From a virus, in IMG/VR virus record IMGVR_UViG_3300036716_000695, positions 1 to 64,000 of that record: DNA of 64,000 nt, one strand, 5' to 3'. The stretch's first letter is position 1. Every line of letters starts with the position of its first letter. The notes below the pieces were generated by a model that was given only the letters and a program-made list of their open reading frames with translations, searched no databases and had not been told where the DNA came from. Position numbers and translations under genes: made by a program. Shown here piece after piece: positions 1 through 11,900 of this stretch.

Positions 1-1
1 C

Positions 2-3000
2 TTGCATAAAGATGAATTGAAGAAAGCTCAAGAAGGTACAGAGATAGTAAAGAAAAATGGGTATGAATATAAGAAAGTATTAAACCCAGAAACAAATGAA
101 TCTACATATTTTTCTAGAAGAAATGGTTCAAGCAATTGGAAAGACTTACAAGAAGAAGGTAACATAATACCATTAAAAGCTGTACGTTCTGATATTTTTG
201 CTGACAACATAGAAGAATGGGAAGGTACAGAAGAGCAAAAGAAATGGGATCAAGAGGAAGCAAAAAGATACAAAGCATCTAGAGAACCAAAAAAAGAATC
301 CTCTGATGAAATTAATTATGATAACTACGGTATAAGAGTTGTGCAATTTCCTTATGGATACAGCTCAACCATGCCTCCTGGTCATATTCAAGCTCAGTTA
401 TACAATAAAGATACAACAAAGCTTGTTAATAGAGTTGATGGTCAAAAAGCTTATATAAATAGATGGGAAAATGGTAGTGGTAATGTACCTATGAATCCTT
501 CTGAATATGAAGGTCAAGATAATGTAAGAGTAGTTGATCTTGATGCATCACCTGAAGAAATTCAAAGATTTTTAAATGAAGCACAAACATTCCGAGGTAC
601 AGATAGACGGGCACAAAGAAAAAATGTAAAAGGACTTTTAGCCGAAGCACCTACAGCATTAGGTGAAGGAAAAGAAGGTGCTTATGATTTTGTAGAAAGT
701 AACTGTGCTACTGGTGTATGTACTGGTCTTGGTTTAAATCCTAATGCTTACAGAAATGCAGGAATAACAGATCCTACAGAAGTAATGGATGGTATTATCA
801 AAGGAAAAAAATACAGAGACCGTATTAATAAAGTTGTTGGTAATAGAGTAAATTCAGCAGAGGGCCTTCAAGCTATAATAGGCAATGGTACAGATGGAGC
901 ATATGTTCCATCAAATGATGCTGCTAAAAGAATATCAAATTTTCTAAATGGTATTAGTGTAGATGAAAGAGATAAATTATTAAAATCTATAAATAAACCA
1001 GTCAGTGAGCTTAAGTCTTTTGATGGTGTAATGGATGTATATAACTCTTTGCCAGAAGGTACAATACCTACAGCTATAGGTGCTGGTATAGATGAAATTG
1101 AAAACAATACTGATTTTCAGTTTGATATGCAGGGTGTAAAGAATATACCTGGTTATTGGTATGATAAAGTAGGTGATGCTTGGAACAATTTCTTTGATCC
1201 AAGCAACTATAGGCAATCAGGTGGTGAACAGGATAATGAAAGGATTAAAAATCCTAACATGATAACTAGATCTAATAATTATGCAAACCCATTAGCTTTT
1301 GAAACTGCTAATGACTTTAATCTTTTAGGTGCAGTTAACACATTAAATAGTGGTCTGACTAATATGTTTAGTGGTAAAGATGAAGATGGTGATGGTCTTA
1401 AAGATGGTTCATTTAGAAATCTTGGTGCAAAGAAAACATTAAATAAGTTAAACAAAGGTCAGTACTATGATTATAATATTCAGGTAGATCCTAATGATAC
1501 TAATACTTATGCGTTTGATGAATTAGATTTATTTAATGCAAGTAAAACAATTGGTAAAGATAACTTAAGAACAACTGAAGAGTATAAGGAAGATATTAAG
1601 AAAAACTCACGTGTCAATTTTAATACAGAGACAGGTGAGTATGATGCTCTTTTATCTAGCAGAGATCCAAGTAACTATACATACCGTAATTTATTTGGTC
1701 AAAAGAAAGATGTATTTAATGATGAAAAATTAACTAATGCATTAGATGGAGAAAATCTAAACTATTTTGAAAATGTAGATGAAGATACTAGACAACAAAT
1801 TTTAGACTTTGGAGCAGCAGACGGAATGCCTGAAGGCACTACACTAAATATAGATAGAGATACTGGTGCAGTGCGTTATATGGGTCCTGATACACCGGAG
1901 AATAAGCAAAGAGATAATTATAGAACAATGATGGGCTATAACAAATATGGTCCTAGAGAAGAAGTAGAAGAAGTAGTAGAAGAATCTAAATCTATAATAC
2001 CAACAAATGTAAACGGACAACCTTTAGCAGCTTTAAGTACTGATCCACCAAGGGTACAGCCACCATCTTTTAAAGAATGGGTGATGCAAGATTCTCGTAA
2101 TAGAACTGGTGCTAATGCTCCACAACAATATCAAGACTTTCTTAATGGTGTTAAATCAAGTCCAACCAGTCCAGTAAATCAAACACCAAAACAAAATATA
2201 TTTGATAAAACAGGAGAGTTTTTTGAAGATAGATACAACGAAGCTATGCCATTTTTAAAAGAAGGTGTTGAAGAAGCTGGGAAAGCTGTAAGGAAAGCAG
2301 GAGATTTTGTTGAAGATAAAGTTAATACAGGATTAGATTTTTTAAAAGATATTAAATTTGAAGAAGGTGGTGATTTACCAAAAGCTCAAATGGGTTTTGG
2401 GAATCCTCAATTTGATCCAAATAATCCATTTGGTATACCTGATTTTTCACAAATGGGTCAGACATCTTATATAAATCCAGATACAGGAGCACCTTATACA
2501 CCTGGTCCAAATGTACCAGCTGTAAATGAAGAAAATCCAATAATGCTAGATGAGGTAACTGTTACTGCAAAAGGTGATCCTCTTAATAGATTAAAGCCAA
2601 TTGGTATACAACCATTATCCAACGGTTTAGATGATTTAAAATTAGCACCTATAAATGTACCTAGTCAATTTATGACGAATGAAGATTCAAATCAAGAATT
2701 AGAAAGAGCAGATTTTGATGATCCAAAAGTCAAAAGGACAAATAACTTTGAAGGAGGACTAAATAGATTTATGGATAGCAATTTTATGAAAGGTTATGCA
2801 GATATTTCAGAATTTGCTGTTGAAGGAGCAGGTGTAATAAATGATTGGTTTAGACAAAAAAATGTTCAAGATGCAAGAAGAGAAAACCGTAGAAGATTTG
2901 CTGTAGCAGATAATATATATGGTACATATGAAGATCCAGCTCTTAAAAGAGGTGTATGGGATGTTAATACAGGTCAGGCTCAGGGTGAGGCAGACAGAAC

Positions 3001-3103
3001 AACTAGCTGGAGTATGACAGCTAAAGAAGGTGGAGAAGTAAATGTTAATAGTGAAATGCTTGCTGCGTTAATAGCAGCTGGTGCTGATATAGAAATGTTA
3101 TAA
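2..3103 (+). CDS. Putative virion cargo/internal protein (5' probably truncated by window edge) with a permuted papain-like peptidase domain
   Basis: 1033-aa ORF upstream of the virion RNAP cluster, mostly low-complexity. Contains GH (nt 380-385) and YDFVESNC (nt 683-706) motifs, plus several xxGG-type motifs. Confidence 0.6.
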   Translation: MHKDELKKAQEGTEIVKKNGYEYKKVLNPETNESTYFSRRNGSSNWKDLQEEGNIIPLKAVRSDIFADNIEEWEGTEEQKKWDQEEAKRYKASREPKKESSDEINYDNYGIRVVQFPYGYSSTMPPGHIQAQLYNKDTTKLVNRVDGQKAYINRWENGSGNVPMNPSEYEGQDNVRVVDLDASPEEIQRFLNEAQTFRGTDRRAQRKNVKGLLAEAPTALGEGKEGAYDFVESNCATGVCTGLGLNPNAYRNAGITDPTEVMDGIIKGKKYRDRINKVVGNRVNSAEGLQAIIGNGTDGAYVPSNDAAKRISNFLNGISVDERDKLLKSINKPVSELKSFDGVMDVYNSLPEGTIPTAIGAGIDEIENNTDFQFDMQGVKNIPGYWYDKVGDAWNNFFDPSNYRQSGGEQDNERIKNPNMITRSNNYANPLAFETANDFNLLGAVNTLNSGLTNMFSGKDEDGDGLKDGSFRNLGAKKTLNKLNKGQYYDYNIQVDPNDTNTYAFDELDLFNASKTIGKDNLRTTEEYKEDIKKNSRVNFNTETGEYDALLSSRDPSNYTYRNLFGQKKDVFNDEKLTNALDGENLNYFENVDEDTRQQILDFGAADGMPEGTTLNIDRDTGAVRYMGPDTPENKQRDNYRTMMGYNKYGPREEVEEVVEESKSIIPTNVNGQPLAALSTDPPRVQPPSFKEWVMQDSRNRTGANAPQQYQDFLNGVKSSPTSPVNQTPKQNIFDKTGEFFEDRYNEAMPFLKEGVEEAGKAVRKAGDFVEDKVNTGLDFLKDIKFEEGGDLPKAQMGFGNPQFDPNNPFGIPDFSQMGQTSYINPDTGAPYTPGPNVPAVNEENPIMLDEVTVTAKGDPLNRLKPIGIQPLSNGLDDLKLAPINVPSQFMTNEDSNQELERADFDDPKVKRTNNFEGGLNRFMDSNFMKGYADISEFAVEGAGVINDWFRQKNVQDARRENRRRFAVADNIYGTYEDPALKRGVWDVNTGQAQGEADRTTSWSMTAKEGGEVNVNSEMLAALIAAGADIEML

Positions 3104-3105
3104 TT

Positions 3106-5616
3106 ATGGCAAAGATCAAAATAAATAAATTACCAAAAGGTTTTAAACTTGTTAATGGTAAGGTTGTAAAAGAGCAGGTAATGAATAACGGTGGTTATGT
3201 TACCGGTGACCAAAGAGATTATGGCTTGGTTACAACTCCTCAAGAGTATTATAATAATACAAACTTTAATAATGCTGATGATCAAAGTGTTAGATACAGT
3301 CTATCTAGTGTACCTAGAGATGTAGCTAACATAGAAGCAGAAGGTGGAGAAACTGTTCTTACTGACTTAAGTGGTGATGGACAATTTGGTCTTTATAACA
3401 TTAATGGACCAAGACATAGTAGTGGTGGTGTACCAATGTTTTTACCAGAGCAATCTTTTATATATTCAGATACAAATAAAATGAAATTTAATAAAGATGA
3501 AATGGCTGAATTTGGTATTGAGTCACGTAAAGGAAAAACACCGGCTACAATATCAAAGAAGTATCAGCTTAATCCATATTTAGGAGCAATAAATGATCAG
3601 TATGCAGATGACATATCTACAATAAGTGCTGAACTTATGCTTAAAAAAAATATGAATGATTTATCAAGGTTGGCTTTTGGTCAAGAAGTAAAAAAGAATT
3701 TTGAAGATGGTGTGCCATTAGCAGCACATCCATACCTAGTTTCTATAGGAGAGGATCCTATTGAATTTACTGCAAAGGTTGAAGAAATTTCTAAAAGACA
3801 AGCACAAATGAACGCTCTTGCAGCATTGCCTCCTGAACAGCAACAACAATTAATGATGTTGCAACAAATGATGGCACAAGTTGATCAACAACCACAAGGT
3901 CAAGGTCAACCACAAGGTCAACCAGAAGAAGGAGTTGTAGAAGATGTTGTAGAAGTTGCAAAGTATGGGACTGAAGTAAACGGTTTAAGAAAATATCAAG
4001 ATGGGACAGAAGTTGTAAACCCATTAAAAGAAGATCACCCAAAGTATAACGAATGGAATGAAAAAATTTCTACAGGTAATTATGATGTAAAAACTGTAAC
4101 ACTTGAAAATGGTGGTAAAAGACTTATACTAACAGAAAAAAGAGTAGAACAACCAACTACAGAAATAGGTGAAGCAGGTAATCAAAGAGGAAGAGGAAGT
4201 ACACCTATATATAATGAAGATATTGCAGGTCAAAGAAGAGCTTTTAATGAGGCAAGTGATGATGGATGGCAATATCAATCAGGTTCTTTATCATCTGGTA
4301 ACAGACCTTTACAACAAAGTAAAATATATAACAATCAAGTAGTAGATGGTGTGTTTGATCCAAGTATAACTGCTGATAAATCATCTGGTGTACATTCATA
4401 TGGTTCTCCAGAAATTAAAAGTGCAGCTGCAGAAAAAGACTTCATGAATAGATGGGGAGATGTTGTTGCACAGATAGATGGATATGATTACAGCATGGAT
4501 GCCAATGATCCAAAAGTTAAGCAATTTCAACGTCTTGCTGAAGAAACTAGAAGAAAAGAACATCTAGAGCACTTTGGTAATTTAGATAACTATAAAAAAT
4601 ACTTCACAGAAGATGGTGTTAGTGGATCTAAATTTGATGGTGCCTTTGGTTTACATACTTACAATACTCCACGTTTAAAAAAGAATGAGTTATTTAGTGA
4701 AGAAATAACTTTAGATCCAGAAGAAAAGAAGAAAGAAGTAATTGAGAAAAAGGATCCAGAAGCTTATAAGCAACCTTATACTCCTCCTTTTATTCAAGAT
4801 GAAATTAACTTAAATGCATTAGGTATGATAGATGACAATCTATATATGCCTTGGGCACCAACAGCAGAAAGACAAAAAATTGATTATGTCTTGGATGATT
4901 ATCTAGGACAAGTTAATGCAAACAATTCCTCACTTGCTACTGCATCAGAGCAAGTAGGTAATACTATTGGTGGGCCTGCAGCAATAGCTGCAATTTCTGA
5001 TCTACAAGGTAGAACTATGAAAGCAAATGCTGCTGCTATAGGTTCTACTAACTCACGAAATGTAGCTACTTTGAATCAAGTAGGAACTCTACAACCTCAA
5101 TTGGATATGAAAGTAAACTTTGAGAATGATAGAAGAACTACAAAAGTATATGATGATGTTAACAAGACATTACAAGATCATGATAACTTTTTAAATGATA
5201 AAATAGCTAAGAGTGCAGAATTAAGAAACGCACTTATAACTAATAGAGCAGGTGCAGCTAATCTAAATGCATTAACTAAGAATTTTGATATAGATACTAC
5301 AACAGGTGGTATAGTAGAATTCACTGATGGTGATGCTTTAGAAAAAGTAGGATTACCAAAAGATCAGCAAAAAGCATTCTTAGATAGTTATACTGAACTT
5401 CAAAAGAATTTGGGACCAGATGTAAAAGTTGATGCTGATTTAATAAAAGCATATATGACACTTGGTCAACCTACAGCAGCATCTAATCAAACAAATGCAG
5501 CAGCTGAATTTGCAAGATTAGGAAGCCCACAGTTTTATCCAACAGGTAAATCTAAAGTGGGGAAAGAGATTAAAAGAATGGTAGTCCCATTCTATACAGG
5601 CAAGATGGGATCATAA
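3106..5616 (+). CDS. crAss-like virion cargo/structural protein
   Basis: 836 aa. N-terminal IEAEGGET...NGPRHSSGGVP segment of the kind seen in crAss-like structural genes, a Q-rich linker, and position in the late operon. Confidence 0.6.
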   Translation: MAKIKINKLPKGFKLVNGKVVKEQVMNNGGYVTGDQRDYGLVTTPQEYYNNTNFNNADDQSVRYSLSSVPRDVANIEAEGGETVLTDLSGDGQFGLYNINGPRHSSGGVPMFLPEQSFIYSDTNKMKFNKDEMAEFGIESRKGKTPATISKKYQLNPYLGAINDQYADDISTISAELMLKKNMNDLSRLAFGQEVKKNFEDGVPLAAHPYLVSIGEDPIEFTAKVEEISKRQAQMNALAALPPEQQQQLMMLQQMMAQVDQQPQGQGQPQGQPEEGVVEDVVEVAKYGTEVNGLRKYQDGTEVVNPLKEDHPKYNEWNEKISTGNYDVKTVTLENGGKRLILTEKRVEQPTTEIGEAGNQRGRGSTPIYNEDIAGQRRAFNEASDDGWQYQSGSLSSGNRPLQQSKIYNNQVVDGVFDPSITADKSSGVHSYGSPEIKSAAAEKDFMNRWGDVVAQIDGYDYSMDANDPKVKQFQRLAEETRRKEHLEHFGNLDNYKKYFTEDGVSGSKFDGAFGLHTYNTPRLKKNELFSEEITLDPEEKKKEVIEKKDPEAYKQPYTPPFIQDEINLNALGMIDDNLYMPWAPTAERQKIDYVLDDYLGQVNANNSSLATASEQVGNTIGGPAAIAAISDLQGRTMKANAAAIGSTNSRNVATLNQVGTLQPQLDMKVNFENDRRTTKVYDDVNKTLQDHDNFLNDKIAKSAELRNALITNRAGAANLNALTKNFDIDTTTGGIVEFTDGDALEKVGLPKDQQKAFLDSYTELQKNLGPDVKVDADLIKAYMTLGQPTAASNQTNAAAEFARLGSPQFYPTGKSKVGKEIKRMVVPFYTGKMGS

Positions 5617-5675
5617 ACCTTAAAGGTTTTAATTTATACCTTGTTAAACATATATAATTATAGTAAATTTACATT

Positions 5676-8600
5676 ATGGCAACATACGTACCAGGATCAA
5701 AAGCATACTTACCGGACATTAAACCGTTTACTCCAGATTTTAAGTTTCTATCTGCGGTATTAGATCAAAGACAAGATAAGTATACTACTAGTTGGAAGGC
5801 AACAAATGATGTCTACAATAAAGTAGTGTATGCTGATCTATCAAGACAAGATACTACAGAACAAAGAGATCAATATATAGAAACGTTAGGTCCTTCACTA
5901 GAGAAGATTGCTGGTATGGATTTATCATTAGCACAAAACGCTGATTCAGCTAAAGCTGTATTTGCACCTTTCTTTGAAGATAAACTAATTGTAAAAGATA
6001 TGGTTTATACTGCTAACTATAGAAAGCAAATGGATTATGCTAATAGACTTTTGCAATCAAACAATCAAGAACAAAGAGAAAAATACTGGAACCCAGGCAT
6101 CAAAGCTTTACAGTATAGAATGGAAGATTTTGTAAATGGTTCTGCAGATGAAGCAATGAATGCATCATTAGCTAGATATGTAGAAGATGCAGATTTAGTT
6201 CAGATGTCTGAAAAAATATTATCAGAAATGGATCCTCCTTTAAAAATTAAGATGGATCATTTTGGAACAAATCCAGATGGAACTGTAAATACAGATTTTA
6301 TTATAACAACGCAGAATGGTGAGTTAGTTACTGGACCAGCTTTACAATATATACAAACAGCATTGGCAGATGATCCAAGAGTTCAGCAAGCCTATCAAAC
6401 AAGTGCATATGTAGAAAGCAGGGACCGTGCTGCAGAATTAATGCAAGCAGGACAAGCTGCAAGCGTTCAGCAAGGACAAGAGATGTGGGCTAATGAAAGA
6501 ATAGCTTTAGTAACTGGAGCAAATCAAGAGCAAACAAAAGAAAAGAAAAAGCAACTTGCTGAAGATAATAAAACCAATGAAAACTGGGCAGCATATCAAA
6601 AAGATCAAGGTATTATACCGGGATCTGATGAAGATAAAGAGCAGAAAGACAACTTAAGTGCTTATGAAGCTACTAAAGCTGAGTTAGAACAAAACATGAA
6701 AGTTGAGCAAATTGCTCAAACACCTGTTGGTGAAGGTTTAGAAAGCAATCTTAATAGAGCTTATGAACTAACTATGTTATTTAACATGGATAGAGATATG
6801 AAAATAGGAGCTCAGAACTATAGCATGAGAGATTTTGAATCTTCAATGGAGGCTAATCCTTATGCGGTTGCACAGAAGAAGCATATGATGGATATGCAAA
6901 AGGTAAGATTCCAAGCTAGAGAAAGAAGAAACCTTGAAAGTATTAAGCAAAGAAATAGAATTGATTTAGCAAAAGCAAAAGGAGAAATCTTAAGTCCAGA
7001 ACAAAAAGCACAACAAGATGCTTTATTGAAAGCATTAGGACAAACTGTTGTTAGAAGAGGTGAGGCTAACACTACAGAATTACCTGAAGGTGCTGTAGTA
7101 GTAGCTGTAACAGAAGATCAATTTATTCAAGATGATAATAAACTTCTAGTACGTGAAGTAGATGCTATTTTAAATTCATATGTGCAAATAAATCCAAATG
7201 GTGATAATGGCAATCAAGAGTGGACTATAGATTTTAATGGTACACAAATTACAGGTAACATTGAGACGCTTAGAAATCAAATGCTTAAGCAAGAAGATCT
7301 TACTACTAAACAACAGGAGGATGGCGTTGTAGCTGATTATGAAAATAGAGAGGCAATAAATGCTGCGTTTACAAACAGATATGAATTTATTACTAATGCA
7401 GAAGGAGTTAAAAGTAAAAACCCTTCTTATCAGCAATCAGCTCAATGGGCAAGTTTAAATAATGACTTCTTACAATTAAGAACAGACAAAACAGTATTAG
7501 ACAGAAACTTCCAGAGTGCAACACAAACCCAGTATGAGACTTATGAAAAAACAAAAGTAAGAACTCTAAAAGATGATGATGAAGTTAAACTACAAATGGA
7601 AGCAGGGTTTGGTGATATATATGATGATACTGACCCAGATAATGTAAGACTTTTAAGTAAAGCAGAGTATGTTGCTGCTATGATAGAAAAGGCAGAAGCC
7701 AATCAACTAATTAATATAGGTGATGAAGGTTTACTGTATGGTAGAAATAATGTCCCAGAAGGTGAGGGTGATGACTTTACAGATAAGTACTATAGAAAAA
7801 CTAAAACAAGATATGTAGAAGGTCAATCTACTTATCAAAGCTATGGTATAGGTGGTGGTTCTACTGGTGACAGTGGATACTATGTACCAGTATTAGATGC
7901 TGATGGTAATGAAGTAAAAGAAGTTAATATTTATGCAGTTAAAAAACATGCAGAAGAAGTATATGATAGACTAACAGAAGATCATAATAAAGGATTAACT
8001 GCTCAAAAAGGTTGGGAAGGTTATGAAACTGCAACACTTAAAAGTGTACAAATGGGTAGACAAAACCTTATTGGTGAAATTGAAACGGGAGTAACTTATG
8101 GAGGTAATATAGATCCTAAAGTCTCAGGTTCTGCAGGTAATAAAATCTATACTGATCTTTTAAATCAAATAGCAGTAATGGAAGGTGCTGGGCAAAATCC
8201 ACAATACTATGCTGGTGAAATAGGTATAGATAGTGACATGGATGATCAACTAGAAGGTACTGACTTAGCTTTATATAAAAGAGCACTAAATGCTTATAGA
8301 GCAGATATGCTTAACTATGTCACAAATGAAAAAGCAGGAAACTCTATTTCAACTATGCCTAGAGCATCTATAGAATACAAACCTGTATATGGAGATCCAG
8401 AAACAGTAGATAAAACAAAAGCTGGTAATATTATTACGTTTGGTGGGGATTGGTTAGAGTCCAAGAAAGCTGGTTCAGAAACTACTGGTGAGTATGGTAC
8501 ATTTAGTCAAACAGAGATTAATAAATTAAAGAAAGGTATTTCTATTCTATTTGATCAAAAAGATGATATAAGCTCCAGGTCTGCAGCTAATAGTGCTATT

Positions 8601-8951
8601 GTATCATCACCTATTATAAGTGAGATAATGGCAAGTCAAAATCATTATGTAGAATATAAACCAAACTATGGTACCAAGGAAGATGGTAATGTTAATACAG
8701 GTACATTAAGATTTGTTCAGAACAGTCCAACAGAATATATGATGAACTGGCAATTTAATGAATATGTAGAAGGCGGATCATACAGAATGACACCAATTAG
8801 ATCAAGAACCATAACTTTACCAGCTGGAACACCATATGACGGAACACTGGAAACATTAAAGAAAGCTTTAATAGAAAGGGAGTTTAATCCTTTAGGTGCA
8901 GAAAATTTGAGAAGAAGAAAAAAAGATAAAGCAATAAATGCTAAAAAATAA
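5676..8951 (+). CDS. crAss-like large virion cargo (ejected) protein
   Basis: 1091 aa with a helical/coiled-coil N-half, lying immediately upstream of the virion RNAP gene as in crAss-like gene order. Confidence 0.6.
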   Translation: MATYVPGSKAYLPDIKPFTPDFKFLSAVLDQRQDKYTTSWKATNDVYNKVVYADLSRQDTTEQRDQYIETLGPSLEKIAGMDLSLAQNADSAKAVFAPFFEDKLIVKDMVYTANYRKQMDYANRLLQSNNQEQREKYWNPGIKALQYRMEDFVNGSADEAMNASLARYVEDADLVQMSEKILSEMDPPLKIKMDHFGTNPDGTVNTDFIITTQNGELVTGPALQYIQTALADDPRVQQAYQTSAYVESRDRAAELMQAGQAASVQQGQEMWANERIALVTGANQEQTKEKKKQLAEDNKTNENWAAYQKDQGIIPGSDEDKEQKDNLSAYEATKAELEQNMKVEQIAQTPVGEGLESNLNRAYELTMLFNMDRDMKIGAQNYSMRDFESSMEANPYAVAQKKHMMDMQKVRFQARERRNLESIKQRNRIDLAKAKGEILSPEQKAQQDALLKALGQTVVRRGEANTTELPEGAVVVAVTEDQFIQDDNKLLVREVDAILNSYVQINPNGDNGNQEWTIDFNGTQITGNIETLRNQMLKQEDLTTKQQEDGVVADYENREAINAAFTNRYEFITNAEGVKSKNPSYQQSAQWASLNNDFLQLRTDKTVLDRNFQSATQTQYETYEKTKVRTLKDDDEVKLQMEAGFGDIYDDTDPDNVRLLSKAEYVAAMIEKAEANQLINIGDEGLLYGRNNVPEGEGDDFTDKYYRKTKTRYVEGQSTYQSYGIGGGSTGDSGYYVPVLDADGNEVKEVNIYAVKKHAEEVYDRLTEDHNKGLTAQKGWEGYETATLKSVQMGRQNLIGEIETGVTYGGNIDPKVSGSAGNKIYTDLLNQIAVMEGAGQNPQYYAGEIGIDSDMDDQLEGTDLALYKRALNAYRADMLNYVTNEKAGNSISTMPRASIEYKPVYGDPETVDKTKAGNIITFGGDWLESKKAGSETTGEYGTFSQTEINKLKKGISILFDQKDDISSRSAANSAIVSSPIISEIMASQNHYVEYKPNYGTKEDGNVNTGTLRFVQNSPTEYMMNWQFNEYVEGGSYRMTPIRSRTITLPAGTPYDGTLETLKKALIEREFNPLGAENLRRRKKDKAINAKK

Positions 8952-8966
8952 TATTCAATTCTGAAA

Positions 8967-11900
8967 ATGGAGAACAATTTAGAAAGTAAAGGTTTAGATC
9001 AGGCTATCAAAGCTAGTGAGGAAACAGGACCTCAGTTTGCTATTAATAAGGATATAGACTTTGTATCAGTTGATCAAGCGTATGAAGACCCAGAATATGA
9101 TGCATATATTGATATGGCAGATACTGCTGCTATACAAAGGTTAGATCAGCAAAAAGATTTTATAGAAAAGTATGGTTCCGGTGTATATCAGAATATGGCT
9201 TTACCTACACCATCTATGGCAAATGATACATATGATCCACAGATGCAAAGAAAGGCAAAAGTGCCTGGTGATACTATATCAAGAGATAACTCCGTAGAAC
9301 AAACTATTGATGAAGTTTTATATAATCAAGGAGTAAAATTAAATCAAAAACAAAAAGAAGGGAATTTAATTGCGTCTCCTCTTTACAGTGATAAAAGAGC
9401 AAATAGTTTTGACCGTTATTATCATCATCCAAAATTTGCTACATTAGGTTATAGTCCTTATGCAAATAATTCAGAATATTATAATGCAAATAGTACAGCT
9501 TGGGATGATCTGTCTAGAACATGGACATCTGTAAAAGGATTATTTGGCATTGGTTTTACTTCTAGTTATGTAAGTGTTGGAGATGGTATGGATGGCAAAT
9601 ATGGAAAATATGATTCAGGTAGTGCTGGTTCATATGAAGATTTTGTTGACATTGGTATGTCTGATAGAGGTGGAGCAACTCAATTTTTTAATAATTTACT
9701 AGTTAATTCAGGTTATACTTTTGGTATAATAGGATCAATAGCATTAGAAGAACTTGCATTAGTAGGTTTAGAGGCAGCAACTTTTGGTGGTGCAACACCT
9801 TTGGTAGCTGCTAGAACAGCAACGAATGCTGCAAAATTAGCTAAAGCAGGTAAAAGAGTGGTAAACTCTTTTGGAGTAGGTAGAATGGCTACAGCAACAA
9901 TGGATATGTTAAAAGCCTTAAGGAATGCTGATATTGCTAAAGACTTTTATAGTGTAGGTAAATTTGTTGGAAAAGGAATAGCACCAGAAACTTATGCTGC
10001 AATTAAGGGTATAAGGACTGCAAAAAATACTGCAGGTAATCTTACCAACATGCGTAAAGCAGCAACAACCTTTGGAGGATTTTATAGAGATGTAAGATCT
10101 TTTAACTTGGCTATGGCAGAAAGCAAGCTTGAAGGTGGTATGCTTTATAATGAAAGGATGGATGAAGGCATGAGAGAAATGCAAGCAACCAACTTTGGTG
10201 GTCCAGTTACTGATTCACAAATGGCTAGGATACAGGAAAATGCTGCTAAAGCAGGTTTTGCATCTACTATGCAAAATTTACCTTTAATATTTGCCACTAA
10301 TCAACTAGTTCTAGGTAATGCATTTGGTGGTTTTAATAAGTCATTTGCAAGAATGGCTAATCAAAACATAAAAGGTGGAGCTAGAAGAATTATTAAAACT
10401 TCAAAAAGTGTACTTAAAGATGGCACAAAAGCCTTAGATGTATTTGCTGATGCAGGTGCAGGATTAAAAGGTGTTGTTAAATCTATTGCTAACGCTGGTG
10501 TAAAGGGGAATCTTAGAACTGCAGCTGGTGCTAGTCTAAGATATTTTGCTGCTAATTTTGGTGAAGGTATTCAAGAATTAGGTCAAGAAGCAATTGCTAC
10601 AGGAACAGGAGAATATTATAAAACATTATTAAAAGATCCGGGAGCAGGTGGATTAGAATTATATAATACAAGTTTAGCATCAGGAATTGGATCTCAATTT
10701 TCTGAGCAAGGGTTTGAAACCTTTATGTCTGGGTTCTTGATGGGTGGTGTTGTAGCAGGCCCACAAAAATTATTTTTTCAAGGAGTGCCTGCTATTTACA
10801 AAAGAATTTCAGATCCTAAAGCATTTGCGGAGTACAAAGCAAATAAAGAAAAAGCTATTTCTTCATTGGTAGATACTTATAATGATACCTGGAACAAAAT
10901 GGCAGAAGATCCAAATGCTGTTTTTGATCAAAAGAAGTTTAAATTTTTAGTTCAAAAGCAAGCTGCTGAAGGAATGTTAGAATCTGCATTTGAAAGTGAT
11001 CAGTTTGGTTTTATAGATAGTAAAGATATTGCAAAGTTTAATCAAATTTATGATGTAATATCTAATGGTGGTGCAAGATTTTTTGAACAACAATTAAATG
11101 ATTATGCAAACCTGGATGACGCTAGTTTAGCACAGGCATTTCCTACAGATAAACAACAAATAAAATCAGGTAAACTTAGAAAAAGATTTACTGACATGAT
11201 TGATTCAATTGGAGTCATGGAAGAAAACTTTAATAAGTTAAGTGATAAATATGAAAATCCTTTTGATGAAAGTAGATTTGAAAAAGGTACAAGAGAATTT
11301 CAAGAAGAAGCAATAAAAAGAATATCATTTGATCATGCACGTTATTTATACATGTTTACTAATGATGGATTTAATAGAGCTTTAGAAAGAGCAGATAGTA
11401 TATTTCAGTCATTAGAATCAGATCCATTGTTTAAAGACATGGAGGCAAAAGATATTACTGTATTATTAGACAATGATTCAATTAATAATGAATTAAAACT
11501 TTTACTTCAAGAAGAGTTAATTTTAAAAGATGATAAAACTCAAAAAGGTAAAGTAAAAGAAATTAGAGAAAGAGCAAAAAGGTTAGGAGCTTTACAAGCA
11601 ATCTTAAGTGACAAAAAAAATCTAAAAAAAGATGGATCATTTGATCAAAGAAAAATACTTAAACTTAAAACTGAATTTCACAACTATGTAAGATTCATGG
11701 CTAAAAAGTCAGGATCATTTGTGAATGAAGAGGTTGTAATGGACGCTCTTAAAAAAATTGTAGATCATAAAGCCCTTAAAGGTAGAGCAAGGGTATACTA
11801 CAAGTCTATTGAATACTTAAACAATCCTGAAAGATTTACAGAGATATATGAAAGAACAAATGAATTCTTAAAGAGTGCATTTAAAGATGTTCAAAGAAAC

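Noticed and set aside
1373-1410. DEDGDGLKD EF-hand-like calcium motif in the first ORF
   Set aside because: A single short motif in a D/G-rich region, insufficient to call.
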